A stretch of DNA of 64,000 nucleotides from the NCBI RefSeq assembly GCF_016712865.1, contig NZ_JADJQH010000004.1. The stretch is one strand, 5' to 3'. The translations under genes and the position numbers were made by a program. Shown here in pieces: positions 1-9,403 of this stretch (its first letter is position 1; every line of letters starts with the position of its first letter). Source of the DNA: Dokdonella sp. GTDB lineage: Bacteria > Pseudomonadota > Gammaproteobacteria > Xanthomonadales > Rhodanobacteraceae. Below the pieces are notes generated by a model. The model was not told the DNA's origin, searched no databases, and saw nothing but the letters and a program-made list of their open reading frames with translations.

Positions 1-139
1 CAGGGCATGCTTGGTCGCATCCATCGTTTACCTTCCCCTCGATTCAAGGTGGTACCGCAAATTCAGGTCATCGCGCAGGGCGGGACGCAGCGAAGTATCT
101 CCGCTGCGATTGCCTTTTGCACGCATTCCACGGGTGTGC

Positions 140-1483
140 TCAGTACCGGCACTCGGCCGGCAGGTATTTGTCCGCAATGGTCGATGTGCAGGTCCAGGAA
201 CCATCGCCGGCATGCTGCCATTCGATGGCCTGGCCACGCGCCGCAACCGGCACGTCAGCCGTCGAAGCCATGGTCACCGTGATCAGGCACCCCGGTGGAT
301 CGCCGCTGACGGTGATCTCGCCGATCAAGGGGTTCGCGACCTGCGGCTGCTGTTCCGCGCATTGCTCCGCACCACTGAAGATGGCCTCGCTGACCTCCAG
401 CTTGACAGCGGAAACATCGACCATGATCTGCGCGACCTTGGCCCGTTGCACGTAATCGTTGTATGCGGGCAGGGCAATGGCCGCCAGTATGGCAACCGGA
501 GCCACGAAGGCGAGCACGTTCACGGCCCAGCCATACCAGGGCATGGGCGGGCGTTGGGTCGGCAACTCCTGATCCGGCCTCACGTTGTCGAACACCACGC
601 AGGTATCGGCCATCAGGTCGTGCAGGGCCTGCTTGCGTGCGGTCCAACCGGCCAGCATGTAGCCGACATACGCCGTGATGGTGGAGACCGCTGCGCCGAA
701 ATAGCGGCCAGTGGCCTGCCCGAAAGCGATGCGTTGACCCTTGCCGTCAGTGACGATGAGGCCCATGGCGCGCTTGCCAAGTGTGGCCTGTGACGCCGAG
801 CTTTCCATCAGCGCAAAGTAGAGCCAACGTCCCACCAGATTGACCAAAAGGCCAAGGAAAGGAATCAAGCTGAGGATCATCGAAGGCACGAACAACACCA
901 GGCTATCGATCATGTAGGCCGCGCACCGGCGCCAGAAGCCGGCATGGATGGCCGGTCCGGGTGGCAGGGTACGTACCTGGTTGAGCTGTCCGGCCAGACT
1001 GCCGGCCACGCGCGCGATCTTGGCCGCCACGGTGTCCGCTGCATCGGCTGCGGCCGGCGTGGCTGGCGCAACGTCGGCAGCGGTTCCGAGAATATCGGCA
1101 TCCAGCGGTCGCCAGTCGGTACTGCCAACCGCCGCAATCCTGATGGTTGCCGGCCAACTGCCGCGCCGCACGCGCTGGCGCACGTAGGCCAGCGGCAGGG
1201 GTCCACGCGGTTTGTTGTCGATCAGCGCAAACAGGTTGCGACCTGCGTCGACGGGATGGATCTCGGCTTCCGCACCGATGTTCTTGATCACCGAAAGCAT
1301 GGACTTGAGTCCGGCCAGGTCTTCGCTTTCCTTGACCGTCAGCGGCGCATGATCAAGCACCTCGCTACGCAAGCGGTCCATGTCCATGCGGAACTGTTCA
1401 GCCAGCTTGGGCCAGGCGCTGTCGGCGTTGAATCCGGACAGCAGTTCCCCGGTCAACACGAGTGCGTACTTCGGTGTTTCCAT
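140..1483 (-). CDS. Membrane protein: soluble N-terminal region (GYF_2-like) + RDD-family membrane domain + C-terminal type IV pilin-like domain without prepilin leader
   Basis: 447-aa ORF with an AAGGGAG SD upstream of ATG 1483. RDD-like FWRRCAAYMIDSLVLF...GKRAMGLIVTD. The C-terminus AIALPAYNDYVQRAKVAQ... and the C-x12-C tail (CTSTIADKYLPAEC) are typical of pilins. Confidence 0.75.
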   Translation of the reverse strand: METPKYALVLTGELLSGFNADSAWPKLAEQFRMDMDRLRSEVLDHAPLTVKESEDLAGLKSMLSVIKNIGAEAEIHPVDAGRNLFALIDNKPRGPLPLAYVRQRVRRGSWPATIRIAAVGSTDWRPLDADILGTAADVAPATPAAADAADTVAAKIARVAGSLAGQLNQVRTLPPGPAIHAGFWRRCAAYMIDSLVLFVPSMILSLIPFLGLLVNLVGRWLYFALMESSASQATLGKRAMGLIVTDGKGQRIAFGQATGRYFGAAVSTITAYVGYMLAGWTARKQALHDLMADTCVVFDNVRPDQELPTQRPPMPWYGWAVNVLAFVAPVAILAAIALPAYNDYVQRAKVAQIMVDVSAVKLEVSEAIFSGAEQCAEQQPQVANPLIGEITVSGDPPGCLITVTMASTADVPVAARGQAIEWQHAGDGSWTCTSTIADKYLPAECRY

Positions 1484-1550
1484 GATTGCTCCCTTTATCG
1501 AACGTGCGGAACCCCTTCGCGCAATTCACCCCAACCAAACCCGTCCGCAT

Positions 1551-2831
1551 TCAGCGTTCGAGAATGGCTGTCACCCCCATGCCGCCTGCGGTGCAGATCG
1601 AGATCAATCCACGTCCCGAACCCTTCTGCTCCAGCAACTTCGCCAGCGTTGCCACCAGCCGCGCGCCGGTGGCCGCAAACGGATGGCCCAGCGCGAGACT
1701 CGATCCGTTGACGTTGAGCTTGGCCGGGTCGATGGCTCCGAGCGCGCGATCCAGGCCCAACTCCTTCTTGCAGTAGTCCGCGGATTCCCATGCGCGCAGC
1801 GTGCAGAGGACCTGCGCGGCAAACGCCTCGTGGATCTCGTAGTAATCGAAATCCTGCAAGCTGAGCCCGGCCTGCTTGAGCATACGGGCAACGGCGACCG
1901 TCGGGGCCATGAGCAGGCCCGCGCCGTGCACGAAGTCCACGGCCGCCGTTTGCGCGTGCGTGAGCCAGGCCTGCACCGGCAGACCGCGCTGTCTGGCCCA
2001 ATTCTCGGAACCCAGCAGGGCCGCCGAAGCACCGTCGCTCAGCGGTGTCGAGTTGCCTGCGCTGAGCGTGCCGTGCCCGGAGCTGCGGTCGAAGGCCAGC
2101 TTCAGGCTGGCGAGTTTCTCCAGGGTGGTATCGGCGCGCAGGTTGTTGTCGCGGTCGATGCCGCGAAACGGCACGATCAGGTCCTTGAAGAAGCCGCGCT
2201 CATAGGCAGCGGCGGCTTTCTGGTGGCTTTCCCATGCCAGGCGATCCTGATCCTCGCGCGAGATCTTCCATTCGCGCGCCATCAACTCGCAGTGCTCGCC
2301 CATGGACTTGCCGGTGCGCGGCTCGGCCACGGCCGGGAACGAGGGCTTCAATTCGCCGAGTGAAAAGCCCTTGAGCGCGGTCTTGAACTTTTCCATCGGC
2401 GAGCGTGCGCGATTGACGGCGAGCAGGCGCTGTTGCAATGCCTTGCCGTAGACGATGGGCACGTCGCTGGTGGTATCGCTGCCGCCGGCAATGCCGGCGT
2501 CAATCTGGCCGGTGGCGATCTTGTTGGCGATGTACACGGCATTGTCGAGCCCGGTTCCGCAGGCGCGTGCCGTGGTGATGCCGGGCGTGGTCGGCGCCAG
2601 CCCGGACGACAGCGTGGCTTCGCGTGCCAGGTTCCAGTCCGAGGCGTGCTTGATGACCGCGCCAAAGGCCACTTCGCCCAGTTCGACACCATGCAGGCCA
2701 TAGCGCTCGACCAAGGCGCCGAGGGTCTTGACCGACATGCCGAAATTGCCGATTTCGGCATATCCGGTGTTGTTGCGGCAGAACGGAATGCGTACGCCAC
2801 CAATGACGCCGACTCGCTGGATCGCAGTCAC
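1551..2831 (-). CDS. Acetyl-CoA C-acyltransferase (thiolase family)
   Basis: Thiolase-like sequence throughout (ARACGTGLDNAV..., NVNGSSLALGHPFAATGARL, C-terminal ICTAGGMGVTAILER). Start placed at GTG 2831 (VTAIQRVGVIGG) after GAGGG; in-frame GTGs at 2837 and 2846 are alternatives. The upstream part of the 474-aa ORF is Arg-rich and unlikely to be coding. Confidence 0.85.
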   Translation of the reverse strand: MTAIQRVGVIGGVRIPFCRNNTGYAEIGNFGMSVKTLGALVERYGLHGVELGEVAFGAVIKHASDWNLAREATLSSGLAPTTPGITTARACGTGLDNAVYIANKIATGQIDAGIAGGSDTTSDVPIVYGKALQQRLLAVNRARSPMEKFKTALKGFSLGELKPSFPAVAEPRTGKSMGEHCELMAREWKISREDQDRLAWESHQKAAAAYERGFFKDLIVPFRGIDRDNNLRADTTLEKLASLKLAFDRSSGHGTLSAGNSTPLSDGASAALLGSENWARQRGLPVQAWLTHAQTAAVDFVHGAGLLMAPTVAVARMLKQAGLSLQDFDYYEIHEAFAAQVLCTLRAWESADYCKKELGLDRALGAIDPAKLNVNGSSLALGHPFAATGARLVATLAKLLEQKGSGRGLISICTAGGMGVTAILER

Positions 2832-2890
2832 CTTCACCCTCGCCACAGGAAGCGGTTGTCGGTTGCTATTATGCAACGCTTGGGTTTTTC

Positions 2891-3619
2891 GTGCCGAATC
2901 ACATGAGCTACGTTTTCGATCCCGACCGCCTGTCGCAGCTGGGCGCCCAGCATGGCCCCGCCTACCGAACTGCAAGCCCGTATCCGCATGCGGTCATCGA
3001 CGACTTCTTGCGTCCCGAGCGCGCCCTCGAACTGGCCCGTCGCTTCCCCGGCGCGGACGCCGACATTGGCTGGGATCATTTCGGCGCGGAAAACTATGAA
3101 GTGAAGATGGGTTGCGCGCGCGAGGAGAATTTCCCGCCGGCATTGCGCCAGGCCATCCACGACATGAACTCGGGTGTGTTCATCCGCTTCCTCGAAACCC
3201 TGACCGGCATCGAGCATCTGCTGCCGGACCCGCACCTGAGCGGCGGCGGCATCCACCTGACCCGTGCCGGCGGACACCTCGGCATCCACGCCGATTTCAA
3301 CTGGCATGAACAATTGCAGGCGCACCGGCGACTCAACGTGCTGATCTATCTCACCCCCGGCTGGCGCCCCGACCTGGGCGGCGAGCTGGAGCTGTGGGAC
3401 TGCGAGGCCAAGGCCTGCCAGCGCATCGTCGAACCGCTGTTCAACCGGGCGGTTGTCTTCTCGACGCGCTCCGACAGTTTCCACGGTCATCCGCGGCGCT
3501 GGACCTCAAGCCAGGTCAACCGGCAATCGATTGCGCTCTACTACTACACGACCTCACGCGAGGAAGCAGAGATTCGTCCTCCGCACAGCACGCTGTACAA
3601 GGGTTATCACGTGCCCTGA
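2891..3619 (+). CDS. 2OG-Fe(II) oxygenase superfamily protein (prolyl hydroxylase-like)
   Basis: 242-aa ORF, divergent from the thiolase. HLGIHADFNWH ... RRLNVLIYLTPGW ... GGELELWD ... NRAVVFSTRSDSFHG pattern (HxD...H iron site). Confidence 0.75.
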   Translation: MPNHMSYVFDPDRLSQLGAQHGPAYRTASPYPHAVIDDFLRPERALELARRFPGADADIGWDHFGAENYEVKMGCAREENFPPALRQAIHDMNSGVFIRFLETLTGIEHLLPDPHLSGGGIHLTRAGGHLGIHADFNWHEQLQAHRRLNVLIYLTPGWRPDLGGELELWDCEAKACQRIVEPLFNRAVVFSTRSDSFHGHPRRWTSSQVNRQSIALYYYTTSREEAEIRPPHSTLYKGYHVP

Positions 3620-3645
3620 CTGGCCGTGCACCGCCCAAGGAATCT

Positions 3646-3741
3646 CTGAACAAGTACGGAATTCATTCGTCGCGAGCAAGCTCGCTCGCACAAATTCAAG
3701 CAATGGTGGGAGCGAGCTTGCTCGCGACAATATTTGTTCAG
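3646..3741. repeat. 96-nt palindromic intergenic element, family A, copy 1
   Basis: ctgaacaagtacgga...gtcgcgagcaagctcgctcgcaca...ggtgggagcgagcttgctcgcgac...ttgttcag. Near-identical copies at 24306-24401 and 63418-63513. Nested inverted repeats predict a long hairpin. Confidence 0.85.
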
Positions 3742-3954
3742 ATCCTCCGTAGGGCAACTCTGATTTTTGTTCGTCATTCCGGCGAGGCGCTTTACAACAG
3801 CCGAATGGCTGGTCAAGCCCGTACCCGGCTTGATCTTGTTCCAATGGAATCAAGGGCAAAATGGACCCCGGCGTATGCCGGGGTGACGAAAATTGTGGTT
3901 GATCAGAGTTTCCCCAAAGCAAGGCGCGATTGTCCGGATTGGACTTTCGGCCAA

Positions 3955-4881
3955 TCAGCGCGGAGCCGGCCCCCAGTTTGCTTCGTTGCCCTTCCACATG
4001 CCGCGGAACCACTCGCGGAACATGGGAATCTCCTCGCCACGCGCATCGTCGGCCAGCACCTTCCACATCACTTCCGGCGCCACCTTGCCGGTGGCCACAT
4101 CGAGCAGGCCGTCGAACATTTCCGTCCACAGTGGCGAGTAGGCAATGCGCGCGGCCACCGACTGCGTGCGTGCCCGCAAGGCAGCCACATCCACATCACC
4201 GCCGCGCCGCACGCCAACGGCCTGCACCCAGGGCGAATCGGACTGCATCAGCAGCAGATCAAAGCCGGCGCGGTCGAGGAACACGCGCACTTCCTCGGGT
4301 GAAGAGAACTGGTTGCGCGCCACGTCCTTGCGCTTGGAATGATCGGCATGACGATGCTGGTCGATTTCCAGCGCGTACCGACGCCAACCCACCGGACTGG
4401 CCATGTTCCAGGTATCGAAATAGACGAGGCCGCCCGGCTTGAGCACGCGCGCCATGTCTTCCAGATAGAGGAAGAAATCCTCCTTGTCCATGTGGATGAA
4501 CACGGCCACGCAATAGGCCTTGTCGAAGCTGGCATCGGCCAGTGGTTGCAGGCTGGAACGGTTGAGTTCCGTGAAGCCGACGTTGGTGTGATCCTTCAGT
4601 CGCTCACGCGCCACCTCGATCATGTTCGAGGAAATGTCGGTGCCTTCCCAATGCGCCACGCGCGGCGCGATCTCGCGGCCGATGCGGCCCACGCCGCAGC
4701 CGAGTTCAAGCACGCGATCCGTGGCCTTGAGATCCAGTGCCGCGGAAACCTGGTGTCCGCTGTAGGTTCCGGTCAGGCGCGCGGTTTCTTCGTTGGTGCT
4801 GCCATCGACGGCCACGAACGCCGATGCCGGCGTCGACGCCTTGTCGTTCCAGAAACTCTTGTAGTTCTTCTGTGATTCCAT
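3955..4881 (-). CDS. Class I SAM-dependent methyltransferase with C-terminal extension
   Basis: VLELGCGVGRIG (motif I), DKAYCVAVFIHM, VLKPGGLVYF. ATG at 4881 is preferred over the TTG at 4893. About 100 aa of unassigned C-terminal extension. Confidence 0.75.
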   Translation of the reverse strand: MESQKNYKSFWNDKASTPASAFVAVDGSTNEETARLTGTYSGHQVSAALDLKATDRVLELGCGVGRIGREIAPRVAHWEGTDISSNMIEVARERLKDHTNVGFTELNRSSLQPLADASFDKAYCVAVFIHMDKEDFFLYLEDMARVLKPGGLVYFDTWNMASPVGWRRYALEIDQHRHADHSKRKDVARNQFSSPEEVRVFLDRAGFDLLLMQSDSPWVQAVGVRRGGDVDVAALRARTQSVAARIAYSPLWTEMFDGLLDVATGKVAPEVMWKVLADDARGEEIPMFREWFRGMWKGNEANWGPAPR

Positions 4882-4910
4882 GGCCGCACGCAAAGGATAA
4901 GGGGGGCGCG

Positions 4911-5744
4911 ATGGTACACTGCACTTCTCCGTCCGAAAACCGAAACGTGCCCGCAGCGCCTTCCCCAGATCCGCGTGCAGGCGGGTCCGCTCACTTCATG
5001 GCCCTCATCGCCATCGAGTGCGAGCATCCCGGATTGCCACCACGAACCGTGGTCGATCGCGATACCAGCAGCGCACTGGCTGACGCCCTCGCGCATGACC
5101 TCGCAAGCCATTTGCCGGAGATCCGCGAACTGGATTTCGTCATGGTCGGGGCGGTCTACGACCAGGCCCAGCTGCTGCGTCCGGGCTGGCCCCTGCATGC
5201 CGCGCTCGGCGAGGCGCTGGAGCGCCTGCCATCTTCGTCCGCGACGGGCCATGTCGTTGCCCTGGGCGCACACGAGAATCAATTGCCGCTCAAGTCCCTG
5301 GAGCCGGAGACCGGATTGCTGGGCAGCCCCATGCTGGTCATGCCCTGGCTGCTGTCCGGGCCGGTCAACATCATCGACCGCGCAGCCCGACGCCTGGAAC
5401 AGGAACTGCTCGATCAGGGCCTGATCTCTGCCGAACTTGCGCTCGCCATCGGTGAGGCGTTCGGGGTGAAGAGCGCGCACGCGCGCCACATGACGGTACT
5501 CGATCTGTGTGCACTCAGTTGCGCCCAGTACGAGCATGCGGGAATGGCAGGGCTGTGGCAGATTATCGAAGGCGCATTGCTGCGCATGGATCAGCCGGTG
5601 AGCGCGCTCCTCGAATCCGGCGGCACGCTGCACTATCAGGACGGTCATGTGCGCGCCGAGTCCCTGCCGGCGTCGCAAGCCGCGATGCATTCGGCCATCC
5701 TCGCGGCGCACGGCATCTCCTTTACGAACGACCCGCTGCACTGA
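4911..5744 (+). CDS. Hypothetical protein (no family recognised)
   Basis: Long ORF in frame with AAGGGGGG SD before ATG 4911; alternative start at ATG 4998 (MALIAIECEHPG). Protein-like composition; the antisense ORF 4773-5741 is Arg-rich. Confidence 0.55.
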   Translation: MVHCTSPSENRNVPAAPSPDPRAGGSAHFMALIAIECEHPGLPPRTVVDRDTSSALADALAHDLASHLPEIRELDFVMVGAVYDQAQLLRPGWPLHAALGEALERLPSSSATGHVVALGAHENQLPLKSLEPETGLLGSPMLVMPWLLSGPVNIIDRAARRLEQELLDQGLISAELALAIGEAFGVKSAHARHMTVLDLCALSCAQYEHAGMAGLWQIIEGALLRMDQPVSALLESGGTLHYQDGHVRAESLPASQAAMHSAILAAHGISFTNDPLH

Positions 5745-5849
5745 ACCCCATCGGGCAACCGATGCTTCTGCTTCTCCTGCAGTGCGGGAGAAGGTGTCGC
5801 CATGGCGACGAGTGAGGCGCTTGTGGATGGGTTGCTCGTCTTCGCCGAC

Positions 5850-6344
5850 TCAGGAATTTCCGTCGCCTGTCTGCAGCTTGGCTTCCACCCAGCCCGCCTG
5901 CAGCAGCTTGTAACCGGAATCGCGCATGCCGAGCGAGACGTAGGTTCGCGTGGCGATGCGGTTTTCCTTTTCCACATACAGGCGCAAGCCGACCACGCCT
6001 TCGGTCTCCCGCGCGCTGCGCTCGGTGTCACGATACAGCGCGCGGAACACACCGCTGCGGCGCGCCGAGGGTATCACGTAGACGCTCTGCAACCACCACC
6101 AGTTGCCATTGCGCCAGTCGCTCCATTCGCAGGTGACCATCAGACAGCCAACGGCAACGCCATCGCGTTCGGCGATCCGGTAGAAGCCGAGGCCCGGTTC
6201 GGTCAGTACGCGCTCGACACCTTGCGTGAGTACCGCATGATCAAGTTTCTTGTATTCGGTCTCGAAGGCCATGGCGGCATTGGCATCGACGATGAAGTCG
6301 AGATCCGTCAGGGTGGCGGCGCGAATAATCGTGGGTGCAGTCAT
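5850..6344 (-). CDS. GNAT family N-acetyltransferase
   Basis: 164-aa ORF. LQSVYVIPSARRSGVFRALY...GLRLYVEKENRIATRTYVSLGM resembles GNAT acetyl-CoA binding motif A. Confidence 0.8.
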   Translation of the reverse strand: MTAPTIIRAATLTDLDFIVDANAAMAFETEYKKLDHAVLTQGVERVLTEPGLGFYRIAERDGVAVGCLMVTCEWSDWRNGNWWWLQSVYVIPSARRSGVFRALYRDTERSARETEGVVGLRLYVEKENRIATRTYVSLGMRDSGYKLLQAGWVEAKLQTGDGNS

Positions 6345-6390
6345 GGATGATGGCGAAGCGGGCAGACAGGGGTTTGCGCTTGCGCAGGCG

Positions 6391-7784
<1,394 letters not shown>

Positions 7785-7788
<4 letters not shown>

Positions 7789-8813
7789 GGCGAGGCATCC
7801 AGTGGCAAGCGCAGGCAGAACACCGTGGCTCCGGGTCGACTGCTGTGGCTGAGCTCGGCCCCATGTTCGATGGCAATCTCGCGCGCCAGGGCGAGGCCAA
7901 GCCCGCTGCCGTCGGCGCGACCGGAAACCAGCGGCAGGAACATCGAGTCACGCAGGTGCGCGGGCACGCCGCGACCATCATCCACCACCTCCACACGCAA
8001 CACCGCGCGGCGCAGGCGCTCGTTCAGGCGCGTTCCGAATTCCAGGCGCGTGCGCAGGGTGATCTGCCCGGCATCGGCTTCAATGGCATTGCGCAACAGG
8101 TTGAGCAAGAGTTGATGCAGGCGGTCGCGGTCGGCACGGATCGGCGGCAAGCTGGGATCGTAATCACGCAACACGGCCGGCGCTTGCGGCTCTGCCTGCA
8201 CCAGCGCAGCCACCCGTTCCAGGGCTTCGTGCACATTGAGCCGTGTCAGGCGCGCCTTGGCTCCGGCGTGCAGCAGGCGATCCACCAGCGCCGTGAGGCG
8301 ATCACTTTCATCAATGATCAGATCCGCCAGTTCGCGCAACGATGCGGCTTCGACGCGACGTGACAGCAGTTGCGCGGCGCCACGCACGCCGGCCAGCGGG
8401 TTCTTCACTTCGTGGGCGAGTCCGCGCAGGGATTCCGACAAGGCCGGCGAGGCCTGCCCGGCCGCGACCTGCGCTGGATGGGCTTCCAGCAACACGCCGC
8501 CATCGGCAAGCGGACTGAAACACAGATCCGCGCACCATGCGGCGTCATGACCGGTATCGATGCCGACCTCGCGCAGGATCACGGCACGCTGCTCGATGCG
8601 TGCCCGACCCGCAGCGGCAACAATGGCCGGGTTGGCTGGATCGAGTTGGTCGAGCTGCGTGCGCGCAGCGGCGAAACGCTCCTGCCAGGCCGCATTGACC
8701 CAGCCCAGCCGCAAATCCGCATCCAGCCGCGCCAGCGCGGAACGGCAGCGATCCAACATCTGGGCTGCATCTACCGGAGTTGTTTGCACCAGAATGTTGC
8801 GATGAATCCGCAT
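7785..8813 (-). CDS. ntrB: Nitrogen regulation sensor histidine kinase NtrB
   Basis: H-box LAHEVKNPLAGVRGAAQLL, then N/G boxes (LLNLLRNAIEA, DDGRGVP, GSGLGLALAREI). Start set at ATG 8813; the ORF runs on upstream through a C14 tract (PPPP). Confidence 0.85.
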
Positions 8814-8819
8814 CCATTT

Positions 8820-8833
8820 GGGGGGGGGGGGGG
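8820..8833. repeat. Homopolymer G14 (C14 on the ntrB strand)
   Basis: Directly read: g at 8820 through g at 8833. The tract ends 6 nt upstream of the ntrB ATG. Confidence 0.95.
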
Positions 8834-9020
8834 TCCGCGCGCAATTGCAAGACAAGTCGATCATCTTGGCCACGGCGCAACCCCGTGCTCCCAGAGCAAT
8901 GGCTGTTCTGGCCCCGCAACATTTTCAACGAAGGACGCGCGTCCAGCGTCCGCACCAACTCAATTGGACAACTAGACAGATAGCGGTTTTATCGAGATTA
9001 TCGAAATGGCGTTTGAGGTT

Positions 9021-9049
9021 TTGCCGCGTTGCGAACCCCGCTGTAGAAT
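9021..9049 (+). promoter_or_regulatory. Candidate sigma70-type promoter (TTGCCG-17 nt-TAGAAT)
   Basis: -35 ttgccg at 9021-9026, 17-nt spacer, -10 tagaat at 9044-9049, in AT-richer DNA upstream of the G-tract and the small ORF. Confidence 0.3.
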
Positions 9050-9087
9050 CGCATGAATGTACTGGGGGTGGGGGTGTGGTTGGGGGT

Positions 9088-9111
9088 GGGGGGGGGGGGG
9101 GGGGGGGGGGG
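9088..9111. repeat. Homopolymer G24, preceded by G5-T-G5-N7-G5-T
   Basis: Directly read. The G-rich array starts at 9064 (gggggtgggggtgtggttgggggt) and continues into an uninterrupted G run at 9088-9111. Confidence 0.95.
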
Positions 9112-9139
9112 CGCGCCAATCGACGCCAAGGGCTGGCCA

Positions 9140-9403
9140 ATGCAGATTCCAGCGGTGCATGGCAAGCCGAAAGACAAATTCGCGGCAGTTACCAAGATTC
9201 GCTTCATCGCAAAGGGCGATGGCAAACAACCTTGGCTGGGTGTGGCCTTCATGGTGGATCGAAAGACCGAACGAATTCATCCCCTGATCCAGCAGGGCGA
9301 TGAAACCAGTCGCCTCGATTTCACTTTTGGATTGAAGGAGAAAATTCCGGTCTCGGTGATCTGGCAATCCCCAGGCACGCTCGCACTGCGTGTTGCCGAC
9401 TGA
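9140..9403 (+). CDS. Small hypothetical protein (87 aa) in low-GC segment
   Basis: ATG 9140 preceded by AAGGG. Protein-like sequence MQIPAVHGKPKDKFAAVTKIRFIAKGDGKQPWLGVAFMVDRK...; no family recognised. The listed ORF 9053-9403 begins with Gly-rich translation of the G tract. Confidence 0.3.
   Translation: MQIPAVHGKPKDKFAAVTKIRFIAKGDGKQPWLGVAFMVDRKTERIHPLIQQGDETSRLDFTFGLKEKIPVSVIWQSPGTLALRVAD

Noticed and set aside
3772-3888. Possible small gene or RNA in the 3742-3954 spacer (cgtcattccggcg ... tgccggggtgacg, ccccggc-gtat-gccgggg hairpin).
   Set aside because: The pieces match common REP-type hairpins whose translations give WTPAYAGVT/VIPAKAGI-like pseudo-peptides. No start/SD context or conserved RNA motif is recognisable, so I left it as unannotated repeat debris.
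9053-9139. The Gly-rich N-terminus (MNVLGVGVWLGVGGGGGGGG) of ORF 9053-9403.
   Set aside because: It is simply the translation of the G-rich array and G24 tract. ATG 9053 lies only 3 nt after the candidate -10 box. If the ORF is real, ATG 9140 is the better start.
8972-9367. A 131-aa minus-strand ORF across the low-GC segment.
   Set aside because: It contains a poly-Pro run from the C24 tract and unconvincing composition. The plus-strand ORF 9140-9403 is more protein-like, and neither is well supported.
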